A stretch of 64,000 nucleotides of DNA from Eledone cirrhosa (lineage: Eukaryota). The translations under genes and the position numbers were made by a program. Positions 42,353 to 55,825 of the stretch are shown here, piece after piece; position 1 is the stretch's first letter, and each line of letters begins with the position of its first letter. Below the pieces are notes generated by a model that saw only the letters and a list, made by a program, of their open reading frames with translations, was not told the DNA's origin and made no database searches. Location: the NCBI GenBank assembly GCA_964016885.1, contig OZ024741.1, positions 19,654,001 through 19,718,000 on the forward strand. The letters are read 5' to 3'.

Positions 42353-44636
42353 CACAAGACAGGGAGGAGAAACCGATAGTAATAAAAATTATCAATCTTA
42401 CTAGTGCAGAACCAACACCCAACCTTATCAACTTACTCTCCAAAGGTCTTAAATTCACACCGACCCCACTACGTCCTAACTACTATGAAATGAAGGAAGA
42501 CATCACAGACTTCTGTAGAAAGTTACGACTTAGTGAACAACTATTCGACCAGTACAATGAGGATGAATCATTAGCCAGAAATAGAAGCAATTACACCCCT
42601 TCAAAAGGTAGAAATAAAATCCTGGACGAATTCTGTGAACACATCACAAACTTCCTTTACCAACACTTGCACAGACAAAAACACAAGCCAAACCTCAACA
42701 AGAAAGAATGGGAAGAATTAAATAGATTAAAAACCGACAGAACCATTACAATTAAAGAGGCTGATAAAGGGAGAACAGTAGTCCTAATGGAGACAGAATT
42801 CTATATCAACTTAGCGCTCTCCACTTTGGAAAACGAAACATACTACGAAAAGGCTGAACACTACAATCAACAGAAAATTTTGAGAAACCTAAAAACTCTA
42901 ATCAACCAATACAAAGAAGGACTCACTAACAAGGAATTCAGCTTCATCACAGACTTCACAAGTAAATCCAGCCTTTTCTACGGTATCCCTAAAGTACATA
43001 AAAGCGAATCAATAAGTAAGGCATACAAGGAAGCCACAGACATAGTCATCAATGTCTCCTCACCCAATGATCTCAAATTAAGACCTATAATAGCAGGCCC
43101 CGCTTGCGAAACCCACCGCCTTAGCAACTTCATTGATACCCTTCTCAAACCCTTCCTCAAACACATCAAAAGCTATATAAGGGACGACCTAGATATGCTC
43201 AATCACCTCCCTAATATGCCACTTTCTGAACAAACCCTACTAGTGACGTTCGATGTAGTCAACCTATACTCCAACATCCCCCACAACCTAGGAATAGAAG
43301 CTATCCAATTTTGGCTGGATAATTTCCACAATGAACTCCCACAACGCATCAAAAAAGAATTCGTGATAGAGGGACTCAAATTTATCTTGGAGAACAATTA
43401 CTTCGTTTTCAATAACAAACCCTACAGGCAGAAATCTGGGACCGCTATGGGAACGAAAACAGCCCCCACTTATGCCAACCTAGTCATGGGATACCTGGAA
43501 ATCACCCTCTACACTAAAGTCCTAAACAAATTTGGAAATACCCTCCACTTACACATTGAAAGGAACTGGAAGCGATATCTAGATGACTTCTTCATCCTTT
43601 GGCACGAAAACATCGAAAAACTTAAAGAATTTCACACCCTTATAAATGGGCTCAACACGAATATTAACTTCACGATGGAATACAGCCATCAACAACTCCC
43701 CTTCCTCGACATCCTCATTAAGATCCATAACAAAAAAATAGAAACAGACATATACTACAAGCCCACAGACTCCAAGCAATATCTTCCTTTCAACTCTTGC
43801 CACCCTAGACACGTTAAAATTAATATTCCCTACAACTTAGCCAAGAGAATCTGTACTATAGTCTCCAATAAAAACACCTGCTACTTACGGCTACAAGAAC
43901 TAAAGGACACACTCATAGGCAGGGACTATTCTGCATCACTAATTGACAATGGAATCCAACGTGCCCTAAAACTCAGTACCCAGGACCTTAGACACCCTAA
44001 AGTAAATCAACCGAAACTAAAAGCTCTTCCATACATCTCCACACACAACCCCCTCAACAATGAGGCCTTTGACACCATCCTCCAGAACACCCCTGTGTTT
44101 AAAAAGGACCATAGAATGAACCAAATCCTACGAACACACGATATCATAAAGAGCAAAAGACAATCCAAGTCAATGAAAAACATCCTAACACATGCCAAAG
44201 TACTGCCAACCACAACAACGAAACCCACAGTAAAAAAATGCGATAGACCCAACTGTGGCATTTGCGTCAAGCTAATAGAGGGTTCGGAATTCTATTTCAA
44301 AGAAGGACAACGTTTTATAGTAAAACACAATTTCACATGTGCATCGGAAAATCTAATATATGTATTAACTTGCTCAGGTTGTCGAGAACAATACATAGGC
44401 CAGACCAAAAAAGCCTCCGCCAACGCATGACTGTCCATAGATCCCAAATTAAAATACGGGAATACAAGAAAATACCACTGAGTGAACACATTGATACCTG
44501 TGCCGCCCAAAATCATCCCAACTTCAGAATCTTTCCCCTCTACAAATTTAAAGATAATGCCACCCACACCCAGCGCATCAGCAAGGAATCTTACTTCATT
44601 AACAAATACAGACCCCGTCTAAACACTTCTCCCTAA
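42313..44636 (+). CDS. PLE reverse transcriptase plus GIY-YIG endonuclease (frameshift at ~44410)
   Basis: LLSKGLKFTPTP, ADKG, FYGIPKVHK, LRPII, FDVVNLY, GTAMG, RYLDD, PFLD, CDRPNCGIC, LIY..CSGC..YIGQT; frame open from 42283, first ATG at 42490. Confidence 0.92.
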
Positions 44637-44756
44637 GACGAACCCACAACATACACACGTCAACATACATACCTACATCAGCACACATCTCTACCCACAT
44701 ATAAACACAATGACATACGTAAACACACACATGCTCTATGGTGCAACACACAAAAA

Positions 44757-44804
<48 letters not shown>

Positions 44805-44974
44805 ATATATGTATGTGTATATATATATAGTGAATATCATTTCACACCTTTTATTGTTAAGATTTTTGATGTTCTATTAAGAGAACCGATTTTACTGAAA
44901 AAATCGAATAATGTACACCATTTTACCAGGGGGAAAAAAATACTGGTCCACCCACACACACACACACACACATT

Positions 44975-45067
<93 letters not shown>

Positions 45068-45266
45068 TTCTTCGTATAAGACAAAAGCTGAAAAATATCT
45101 TTTGACATGCTAAAATCCCCCCCATTGCTTACAGACACATTCTTACTGACCATCCCTGCTACCACGAATTACTCTGCTATACACACACACACACACACTT
45201 ATCTTAATAGACATTTGACACACATACCTGCTAACCATTATCACAACATCGAACACCTTACTACTA

Positions 45267-45352
<86 letters not shown>

Positions 45353-45377
45353 TTGTTGTGAAAGAGTCATTTCTCAA

Positions 45378-45625
45378 TCTTGGCGCAAAACCAATTTTTT
45401 ATTCACATGAACTCTACCGACCAATCAAAATTGTTTTGACCACAAGAATTTTTGCAAACACCAAGTAGCGCTGGAGTCACTTTTTTAACATAAAAACAGT
45501 CTTGGCGCAAAATCAATTTATTACATTCACATGACCTCTACCTACCAATCAAAATTGTTTTGACCACAAGAATTTTTGCAACACCAAAGTAGCGCTGGAG
45601 CCACTTTTTTAACATAAAAACAGGT
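45378..45625. repeat. ~122-bp tandem duplication
   Basis: tcttggcgcaaaa...ttttaacataaaaacag occurs twice. Confidence 0.85.
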
Positions 45626-45878
45626 AGAATTCCCAAAACTAATCAGATCAGAGCAAACAACACGGACACTCTATCTCAAAATTATTTTTGAAAAGCATTT
45701 AGAAATGCGCAACCGGTAAAAACTTAAAAACTTAAAACCACAACTGAATACTAACCCATACAATTACTAATACTCTTTTATTCCTAATTAAACCATTTTT
45801 CAACTGTGAACAATTTGTCAGCATTTTCTATTCCGTTTACCAATATATAATAACTTGTGTGTTACACCTCTATTCTTT

Positions 45879-45922
<44 letters not shown>

Positions 45923-45964
45923 TATGTATACGTACATACATATATGCATACAGACGTACAGTAG

Positions 45965-46020
<56 letters not shown>

Positions 46021-46062
46021 TATGTATACGTACATACATATATGCATACAGACGTACAGTAG

Positions 46063-46110
<48 letters not shown>

Positions 46111-46153
46111 CATACATGCACACATATATATATGTACGTATGGATTCACCGAA

Positions 46154-46225
<72 letters not shown>

Positions 46226-46230
<5 letters not shown>

Positions 46231-46897
46231 ACATGATTTATGATATATTGCTCTAATTATTTAATTTATTAATTCTTCATTGAGCCACAACGTGACCAGT
46301 TGCCACATATATATCTATGACTTTATGTATATGTAAATATTTATATTTAATAATCTCTCGTTAGGTTGAGATACAATTGGGCGATATTGGGCTGCGCTTT
46401 CTAGCAACAAGCCTACCCGCCGTAAGCAACTAATCACATTCTTTCTAACTTGACCACTGCCACGTCACGATTCTTAGCCATTTTTTAATCTATTTTTGGC
46501 GCGATCACTTTGGAAAATTAATTGTCCAATCTTGAGTTTTCTCCTGATGAGTCTGTTACTCTGGATACATCCTAATAATAGGATATCTAAAAATACGGAC
46601 GAAACCATGGTAGAGATATAATTACGGTATGTACACATTTCTTCTAAGTTTGAATTTACACCTAATTGTGTATGGTTGACGGTATATTTAGTCAGTTTCT
46701 ACATGCTGTTGAAATGTTGGATAAATACTCTATTGGGGTCACCGCGAAGAGGCCGCTTTCGGTTATTTGTCGAAAATTTCTTCATAGGAGCCTTTATTCT
46801 TATAGCCTGGTCTAATTGATTTTTTATATGGTTAATTATGCTAATTGGGAGAGGAAATGGTATATATTTTATCTAATAATTCTAAGGACATGATTTA

Positions 46898-46905
<8 letters not shown>
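46226..46905 (+). mobile_element. Non-coding hammerhead element with 23-bp terminal redundancy
   Basis: taaggacatgatttatgatatat at 46226 and 46883; homolog at 54845-55397 (minus strand). Confidence 0.7.
46540..46616 (+). ncRNA. Hammerhead ribozyme
   Basis: tctc-CTGATGA-gtctgt...acggac-GAAA-ccatgg-TA-gaga. Confidence 0.85.
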
Positions 46906-46955
<50 letters not shown>

Positions 46956-48061
46956 TTATAGATATATGTATGTATATACATATATGTATATATGTATATA
47001 TATATATATGTATGCATCTATATATACATGTATATGTATATATATATGTATCTAGATATGCATATATATATATATACACACATATATATATATGTATGTA
47101 TATATATGTGTGTATAAATATATATATATGTATGTATATGTATGTATATATGTATGCATACATATATGCATACACACATATATACATACATTCATATACA
47201 CATACATAAAAACATGCATACATACATACACATTCATACATACTCGCGTGCATACAAGCATACATGCGTGCGTACATATATACATACATGCACACACACA
47301 CACACATAGATACACACATTCATACATACACACGCATACACATACATACATATATATATACATACATACACACACATACATACATACATATTCATACATA
47401 CATATACATACATACATACAAGTAAGTATGTATGATTCTCTGTTTGTTTTAGATAATAATGAAGTAGAGAAGATATTGAAACAGATATTCGTTAGGAAAC
47501 ATGTAGAGGAGAGGTTACATAAGTTATATAAAAAAATATTTGTTATCGGTCGATGATAATAAACAGATGGTTGCTATATATATTATGTTATTTTTTCTAT
47601 AGTCTAGAAGCGACGGTAATAGTCGGAAAAGGGTGAAGGAAGAGGAGTTGACAGGAGAAATAAAGGTTACGCTGACATTTCAACTCCATTTTGTAAAATG
47701 GAGGTAATATGCTGGACTCTAACAGTCGATCGTCTGCCATTATAAAATATGGTTAATTTTCAACAGAACACATTTATACTCCCCCAGGGCAAACCTTACT
47801 TTTTCTCCCTTTGTTGTTATTCATGTGTTTGTTTATTTATTCCTGCTTTTGTATTTTGGTATTTTGACATATACTTTTAAAAATGATGATACACACACAA
47901 ATATATTTACACGTACACAGGAATGCATATATATATGTGTGTGTGTGTGAGTATGTATGTATATATGTACGTATGTGTGAAGATATATATATATAAGTTT
48001 ATCCCGGGTTCAATAGGGGTAACCACAGTAAGTAAGGTACTCAATACAAAGCAGAGTATAA

Positions 48062-48202
48062 ATATTTAATATAGAAAAGCTACTACAGGACTAGAATTGT
48101 TTCATTCGTGAGAAATCATCAGGAAGCTGACAGTCAGCTTCCTGGTGATTTCTCACGAATGAAACAGTTCTAGTCCTGTAGAAGCTTTTCTATATTAAAT
48201 AT
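48062..48202. repeat. 141-bp palindrome with a canonical-type hammerhead in each arm
   Basis: Centre at 48132; agcttc-CTG(G/A)TGA-..-GAAA-cag ttctagtc ctg-TA-gaagct; family copies at 16691, 49595, 51845 and 58450. Confidence 0.85.
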
Positions 48203-48277
48203 ATATGTGTGTATGTGCGTGTGTGTGTGTGTATGTGTATGTGTGCGTGTATACACACACGCACACGCACACACACA

Positions 48278-48327
<50 letters not shown>

Positions 48328-49094
48328 GGCAACAGATTAAAACGTTCGTGGTCCTCAGGCGTCGAAATGGAGGTACACGTGTTCGACCCTTACCGACGGT
48401 ACAGCTGATCTTATATTTTCCTTTCGTCTTAATATGCCAATGGCAGTCTTTGACTGTCACCTAGGATGAACCAGCATTAACGTCACTAGGGGTTGGAACT
48501 GGGTGAGTCCATTTCGACGGCTGCTTACCATGGTGTTTTGAACTTGTCACATGCAGCATCCCTCTCTTTTTTTGTCGAATTGCTTATGTACTCCACTATA
48601 TGTCCTTTCCTAACCTACTTTCTTGGTGTCTCCCACACCATATAGTTGTGGCGGTTAAAACCAACCAAAGTTTTCCCATCTGTGCGACTCCTTCTATGTT
48701 TATGTCTCTGTCTCCAGGTTTACCTGGTCATATTTAGCATGTATTTTATGACTTAAATGCCGTACATTTAATTCCACACGAGTCTTGTTTTGTGTTGTTT
48801 TAATACCCCAAAGGTCAGACAATTTTGTCGGACACTCTGACACTAGGTAGACCTGCAGTACCGCCAGTAGGGTTCGAAATCGTCTGCATCCATTTCGCCG
48901 GTCGATAACCATCTAGTTTTGAGCCTGTCGCCAGTATTGCAGTATACCCACAAAACTATTTATTCGGAGGCGACCTGTCTGACAATATAGACCTAGGCTG
49001 ACTCACATTCAAATAATTCCTATTTTCTATATTTCCTCTAATTGTACCTTCTCAGTTTGTGTTTACAATAATGACTTTATAACTGCTATTTAAT

Positions 49095-49146
49095 ACACCT
49101 GATGATGTCGTTGGGCTTATATTGGCTATTGAAATATATATAGTGT
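49095..49146 (+). ncRNA. Minimal hammerhead ribozyme
   Basis: acac-CTGATGA-...-GAAA-tatata-TA-gtgt; 3' tail ccagcctcctgt shared with the 14354 family. Confidence 0.7.
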
Positions 49147-49204
49147 CTGCAGGAATAAAACGTGAAAGGAATTTCACCGAACCAGCCTCCTGTCATTTTA
49201 TTCA

Positions 49205-49275
<71 letters not shown>

Positions 49276-49423
49276 AAAGAGGGTATGGTAAGATACCAGG
49301 TGGACCATAAGGCACCAGAGTCCTCTATACTTGGGGTAGTAGAGTGGCTAATAGGAAAAGATTCAGGATCCCTGAATCTAGCTGTCGAAACGGCCGGAGA
49401 TCAGCCGTCGGGGTCCTGAATCC

Positions 49424-49542
<119 letters not shown>

Positions 49543-49745
49543 TATATAGAGAGAGAGATAAATAGATAAATAGATAGATAGATAAATAGATATGTTTATC
49601 TCGGGTTCAATCGGGGGGTAACCACAGTAACTAAGGTACTCAATACGATAGCAGAGTATAAATATCTAATATAGAAATGGCTTCTACAGAACTAGAACTG
49701 TTTCATTCGGAAGAAATCATCAGGCTCTCTCTCTCTTTATATATG

Positions 49746-49795
<50 letters not shown>

Positions 49796-50083
49796 TGTAT
49801 GTATGTATGTATGTATGTATGTATGTATGTATGTATATACATATATATAAATATATATAGAGAGAGAGAGAGTGAGAGAGGGAGGTGATAGAGAGAGACG
49901 TTCCCGTAGGGAATGACGGAGATATTCTTAAACTGATCTCCTGGCCTGAATGTTTAGGATCTACTAACAGACCTGCCAACCTCTAAAAACCCAAACGGGG
50001 AGTACCATGAAAACAGTGGGTGAGCGATATCCCCGTGGGACGAGAGAGGGTTGACAGGTCTGAGCTTCTTTGAGTCTATGTTA

Positions 50084-50428
50084 TCTTTATATATATAAAA
50101 GCGAGGATATGTGTGTGTCTGTGTACAAATTTGAGTACCTAAGGCTTTTACAATTACCAACCGAATTTGACCAGATTTTCTGTGCACGTTGCACAGGTCG
50201 CTAAGATGGTCACATCACAAACATTTTCCCAATCGACCCACGTTGAGCAATAAAAAATCGATATCAAAATTATCGGTAGCAAAATTGATGTAAGGGAGAT
50301 AACCAACTTTATTGACAATCCTTATAAAGAGACTGCTTAGGTTGGGGACAAATAATGTTCTTTTACTTCCTAGCTGTATATTCTTAGCATAATTTCAAAC
50401 CCCGAGCAACACCGGGTAAATCTGTTAG
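50084..50428 (+). mobile_element. Non-autonomous Helitron
   Basis: A|TCTTTATATATATAAAAG start; cccgagcaacaccggg hairpin followed by TTAG|T. Confidence 0.7.
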
Positions 50429-50799
50429 TCTAATATAAACCAAACTCTCTACTAAAGGGATCAGAAGGAAAAGAGTGGGAAGGGAGGCGGTTGACAGACT
50501 CTGCGCCAAGGTTGAGACGGTTTCTCATAAAGGTAAAGCTTCATAAGTAACTCAAAGATCAGGTGCCCCTGGTACTTAAGGGCTCTTACCGAACTGGAAC
50601 AGATGCAACTAAGACGTGAATCTTATATGGTGAAACATTTATCCAGGGAATAAAAAGGAAAAAACAAAACGGCTATATATATATATATAGTACAAAGGAA
50701 GGGTGGTAAGGAACCAGATTGACCATAACGCACCAGAGTACTCAAAACTTAGGGTAGTAGAGTGGGTAATAGGAAAAAGTATGACCCCGTAGCCTCAGC

Positions 50800-51844
50800 G
50801 CATGTTTGCAAACCGACAGACTTGTCCGGGTTCAGTTTTGCTCCTGTAAACCTTTCGTATTCCTGTAGTAGGTTGCCGATTACCTCGATTTCCGAGGTTT
50901 TCGACACCATTACCATTACGTCGTCGGCATAAGCCGACGCCGCTTTTCGCAGTCCCGGTTCTAAAGAGATGCCCTGCAAAAGCTCCAACTTCCGCAGTAG
51001 TGGCTCTAGAGTCAATACGTACAGAATAGAGGAGAGAGGGCATCCCTGTCGAATGGAACGCGTGATTGCGAACGGCTCCGATAGGTAGCCGTTCACCTTG
51101 ACCTTCGAGCAGATGTTGGTGTGCATCGCCTTGATCCAGCCTCTGAAGACGGGACCGAAACCGGCCGCCTTGAGAACCGCTTCCAAGTATCGATGGTCGA
51201 CCCTATCGAATGCCTTAGACTGATCTAAATTGATCAGATCACACCAAAGCCGGGTTTACACTCCACTCTATGATGTATCGCATGAGGTGGAGGTTGTCGT
51301 GTATGGCCCTGGTCGGGATTGCACACGTTTGCGCTTTCCCTACCAGGTTTTCGACGACAAGCGCCAGCCTCGTTGCTAGCACCTTGGCCAAAATCTTTAA
51401 CTCTGTGTTGAGCAGAATTATGGGCCTGAAATTGTTTATTTCGGCCCCCTTGTTCCCGTCTTTCCTGATCAGCGTTACTACGCCCTTGCCTGCAGAACTG
51501 GGAATTTTCCCGTTCTGCTGCCAATTGCAGTAGACGGCTTCGAGGACGCCAGAGAACAAGTCTGGCATGCCTATGTAAAACTCATAGGGTAGACCATCTA
51601 GACCGGGTGATTTGCGTTTCCCGCAGCGGCCCAGAGCGTCCCGTATCTCAGTGGCTGTGATCGGTCTTTCGCAGAACTCGGCGTTCATGCTCGAGAGACG
51701 CGGCAGGCCGTCGGGGTATGAACCAAAGTCCATTGCCCCGTTCTGTGCACCGTCGTTCCGCTCAAACAGTCGCGCAAAGTGCCGCTGAAAGGCCGCGCAC
51801 ATCTGCTTGGGGTCAAGTAGCACGCGTCCGTTTTGGTCTTTCAT
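50800..51844 (-). mobile_element. Tx1/L1-clade LINE RT fragment
   Basis: KSPGLDG, NFRPIILLN..KILAK, DQSKAFDRV, RQGCPLS, AYADD. Confidence 0.9.
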
Positions 51845-51988
51845 TGATGATTTCTTCCGAATGAAACAGTTCTAGTCCTGTAGAAGCCTTTTCTATATTA
51901 CGTATATATATATATAACAAAGGAATTGTGGTAAGGAACCAAATGGACCATAACGCACCAGAGTACTCAATACTTAGTAGAGTGGGAA

Positions 51989-52121
51989 ATAGGAAAAAGT
52001 ATGACCCCGACGGCAGAGCTCAAGCCGTTTCGACAGCTATTTCTGGACTCAGACGGCTATTTCAGTCCAGAAATAACCGTCGAAACGGCTTGAGCTCTGC
52101 CGTCGGGGTCATACTTTTTCC

Positions 52122-52124
<3 letters not shown>
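51989..52124. repeat. Fold-back turning inside a hammerhead core (stems II/III retained)
   Basis: gacggctatttc/gaaataaccgtc-GAAA-cggc..gccg-TC-ggggtc; related pieces at 49360, 50690, 54345, 59775, 60450 and 61710. Confidence 0.7.
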
Positions 52125-52160
<36 letters not shown>

Positions 52161-52800
52161 ACATATATAAAGAGAGAGGGGTGGGAGGGGATAGAGATGT
52201 TCCTGTAGGGAGTGATGGAGATATTCTTAAACTGATCTCCTGGCCTGAATGTTTGGGATCTACTAACAGACCTGCCAACCTCTAAAAACTCACGCATCAT
52301 TCTTTACCTACTAATGCCACCCACCACCACCACCATCACATAATTTCACGTACTCTCAGATCCCAAATAATTGAGGGGCTGTAATAGGGGGGGGGGGACA
52401 AGCAAGGGAATTGGAATAAGCAAGTGGTTGGAAAATCGATAATTTTTTCTAGTTTGTCTCCGTTGATCTTTTAAAAGTACCAAAATTTCGCCGGAGATAG
52501 ATTAGCAACATTTAGTAAAGGTGGTGGGTGGGGACCGGATTAAGAGCGATCCGTGGGGTGGAAAAAATATGAATAATTAATAAGCAGAGTGGGGGCGATT
52601 ATTTAAGATCCAAGAGTTATTTATTGAGATGTCAGGGGTGTTGGTGGGGGAAATGGCGGCGGGGATGATGATTGTGGGTTAAATTAATTTACGGAAGAAT
52701 GTTGATGATAGTGCTGGAATGTTAGGGTGGAGGTGGGGAATACCTGGTTTATGAGAATAGATGATAAGTTACAGACAAGTGTATATATACACAAGTGTAT

Positions 52801-52892
<92 letters not shown>

Positions 52893-52896
<4 letters not shown>

Positions 52897-54328
52897 CGTC
52901 TCTGAATTTGTTTAGCAAGATTCTTTATCTGAAATCGTGTGTTGAAACCGATATTGTTATACTTTGGGAGGGTCATGTTGCCAATAAGAAACACACGCAC
53001 CAGTTGCTTTCACTTCAATTTATTATAAATTTATAATAAATTTATAAATTTATAAATTTCTGGTTGGTTGGTTCCACAACCAGATAGTTGTTTATATATT
53101 GTCATAGTTCTTTCGTCACACACTCTGTGACCTCTTCAGTGACTGGGGATTCCTTTCTTTGTTTCTGTGCCTCTCCTTTGTTCTGTCTTACGCCATTTTG
53201 TTTCTGTGTGTGTGTGTTGTGTGCTCAGTCTGCGCATGCGCCACATCCAGGTGTCTGTGTGTGTTTATGTTCATTTATTTATTTGTTTATTTACATGTTA
53301 CTGGTTGGTTGTTTGTTCTATGTGTGTGTGTGTTTTCATTTTGTCCTTAATTGTAAGTTGTGATGTTGCTATTCCACTCATATTTTCTATTTAACTTTGG
53401 TTGTAATTCTTTTATGTTTATTGCCTCTGTAATTTGTCTAAACATTGCGTCTTTTCTGTGTGTAGATTCTATTTTTATTTCTATGTTCTCTAATTTACCC
53501 TTGTGTTCTATTTTAGCATGTTGGTAGACTACAGATGATTCTTTACTATCTTGAAGGTCTCGCCAGTGTTCATTTATCCGTTCCCCTACACTACGAGCTG
53601 TCTCACCTATGTACTATATTTTTGTCTCTACATTGTCCTTCAGTACATCTTATGCTATACACTACATTTCTAGTTTTACAGTTAATATGGGGGCTTATTT
53701 TACAGGTTATACATTTCTTATCTATACATGAGGGTCTTTGAAAAGAGTATGTCTTGCTAATAAGTGTTTTTACGGAGGTACCTGGTCTTTCTACTATCTT
53801 AATATTGAGTTTATGTTTATTTAGGGCCCTTCTAAATTTGTAAGCTAATTCACCTCTAGGGGTTGTATCGATGAACATTACACTCTGGTATTTATTGCTA
53901 TCATACCATGAGTTTATTCTATTAGCCTTGTTCCTAGTTCTTTCTATTCTATTCCAAAATTTGCTCCTATACAAGGGGCAGGTCCCATTTATGTCATTAT
54001 TTACCATTTTTTCCCAACAACTTCCAGGCCTGGAACAATAACGTGCCGGCGTTGTATGGGCTTCGAAAAGACCATAAAACGGGCAGTGACCCTGTCGCGG
54101 GACCACCAACACGGCCAGTCTGTGGAGCTAACATTGCTAGTAACTACAGACTGTCCTACTTCCACTCCCTGATCATACGCCCCATCATTGAAATGTCCCC
54201 AGATGTATGTGACAGCACGGAGGACCTCCTCAGCAGAATCGGCGTGAGTAACCGACCTAGGGACCTAACAAACTGCATAATATGTAGTATGGATGTTGTG
54301 TCCCTGTATCCATCTATTGACGTGGATA
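52893..54328 (-). mobile_element. PLE 3' part (GIY-YIG, pseudo-LTR, hammerhead 53101-53144) joined to an oppositely oriented RT piece (54016-54328)
   Basis: CKTRNVVYSIRC..YIGETARS on minus strand; LYGLRKDHK..RPVCGA..SMDVVSLYPSID on plus strand. Confidence 0.85.
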
Positions 54329-54465
54329 TATAGGAACGAGTAGGACCGAAACGGCTTGAGCTCAGCCGTCGGGGTCCTACTCGTTCCTATTACCCACTCT
54401 ACTACCCTAAGTATTGAGTACTTTGGTGCGTTATGGTCCATCTGGTTCCTTATCACATTTCCTTC

Positions 54466-54512
<47 letters not shown>

Positions 54513-55028
54513 AATAATTGTTTCTACTTTTGGCACAAGGCCAGCAAATACCCAGTCATTACTGGTACTTTATTTTATCGACCCCGTAAGGATAAAAGGC
54601 AAAGTCGACATCGGCGGAATTTTGAACTCAGAATGAAAGGGTCGTAACTCTATGCTACAAAGCATGGGTCCGAAACTCTACCGATTCTACCAACCCGCCG
54701 CCCTAATAATAATTGTTTCTACTTTAGGCACAAGGCCAGCAATTATCCCAGTGTATTACTGGTACTTTATGTTATCAACCCCGTAAGGATGAAAGGTAAA
54801 GTTAACCTCGGTTGGATTTCAACTCAGACTGAAAAATCGAATAGACCAAGCTATAAGAATAAGGCTTCTATGAAGAAATCTCCAACAAATAACCGAAACC
54901 AGCACTTCGCGCCGGCTGCGACGGAATATTTATCGAATATTTCGACAGCGTAATCGCCCAGATATACAGTCAATTAAACAGAATTAGGTGTAAAATAAAC
55001 TAGGAGAAAAGAGAATACATTTATTTAC

Positions 55029-55101
55029 CTCGACCATGGTTTCGTCCGCATTTTAAGATATCCGATAGCTGCGGAACCTTGAGCCCCGGACTCTTCAGGA
55101 G
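55029..55101 (-). ncRNA. Hammerhead ribozyme in a diverged homolog of the 46226 element
   Basis: Minus strand ctc-CTGAAGA-gtccg...cggac-GAAA-ccatgg-TC-gag. Confidence 0.82.
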
Positions 55102-55395
55102 TTAGCTCAAATCTAGACAATAAATTTTCCAAAGTGATCGCGCCAAGAATACATTCAAAAATGGCCAAGAATCGTGACGTAGCAGCGGTCAGGTTGGAAG
55201 GAGTGTGGTTAGTTGCTTACGGCTGGTGGCTTTTTGCTAGAAAGCGCAGCACAATACAGCCAAATTTGTATCTCAACCTAACGGGAGATTATTACATATA
55301 AAGGTTTACATATATATATACATACATACATATACTTTTTTTGCAACGGGTCACGTTGTGGCTCAATGAAAAGTTAATAAATTAAATAATCAGAG

Positions 55396-55505
<110 letters not shown>

Positions 55506-55731
55506 CTCATCCAGACTGTGTATAAATATATACATTCTTTTTTATATATATAGACATAAATATGCCAGATAAACGAATTTCTCGTAAATTGAATAAATGA
55601 TGAACACCTTTAATAAAAATTCCTGTTCCTGGCATGTTTATATTTCTATATAATAAAACATCTATATACCAACCCTGTGTGTATAAATATATATATGTAT
55701 ATATTTATATGTAATGTACGTATATATATAC

Positions 55732-55794
<63 letters not shown>

Positions 55795-55825
55795 TATATG
55801 TATGTACATATATATATATATATAT

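Larger units (their letters stand above)
41287..44760 (+). mobile_element. Near full-length Penelope-like element (Neptune-like), 5'-truncated at (TA)n
   Basis: ORF1-like region followed by RT and GIY-YIG. Confidence 0.9.
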
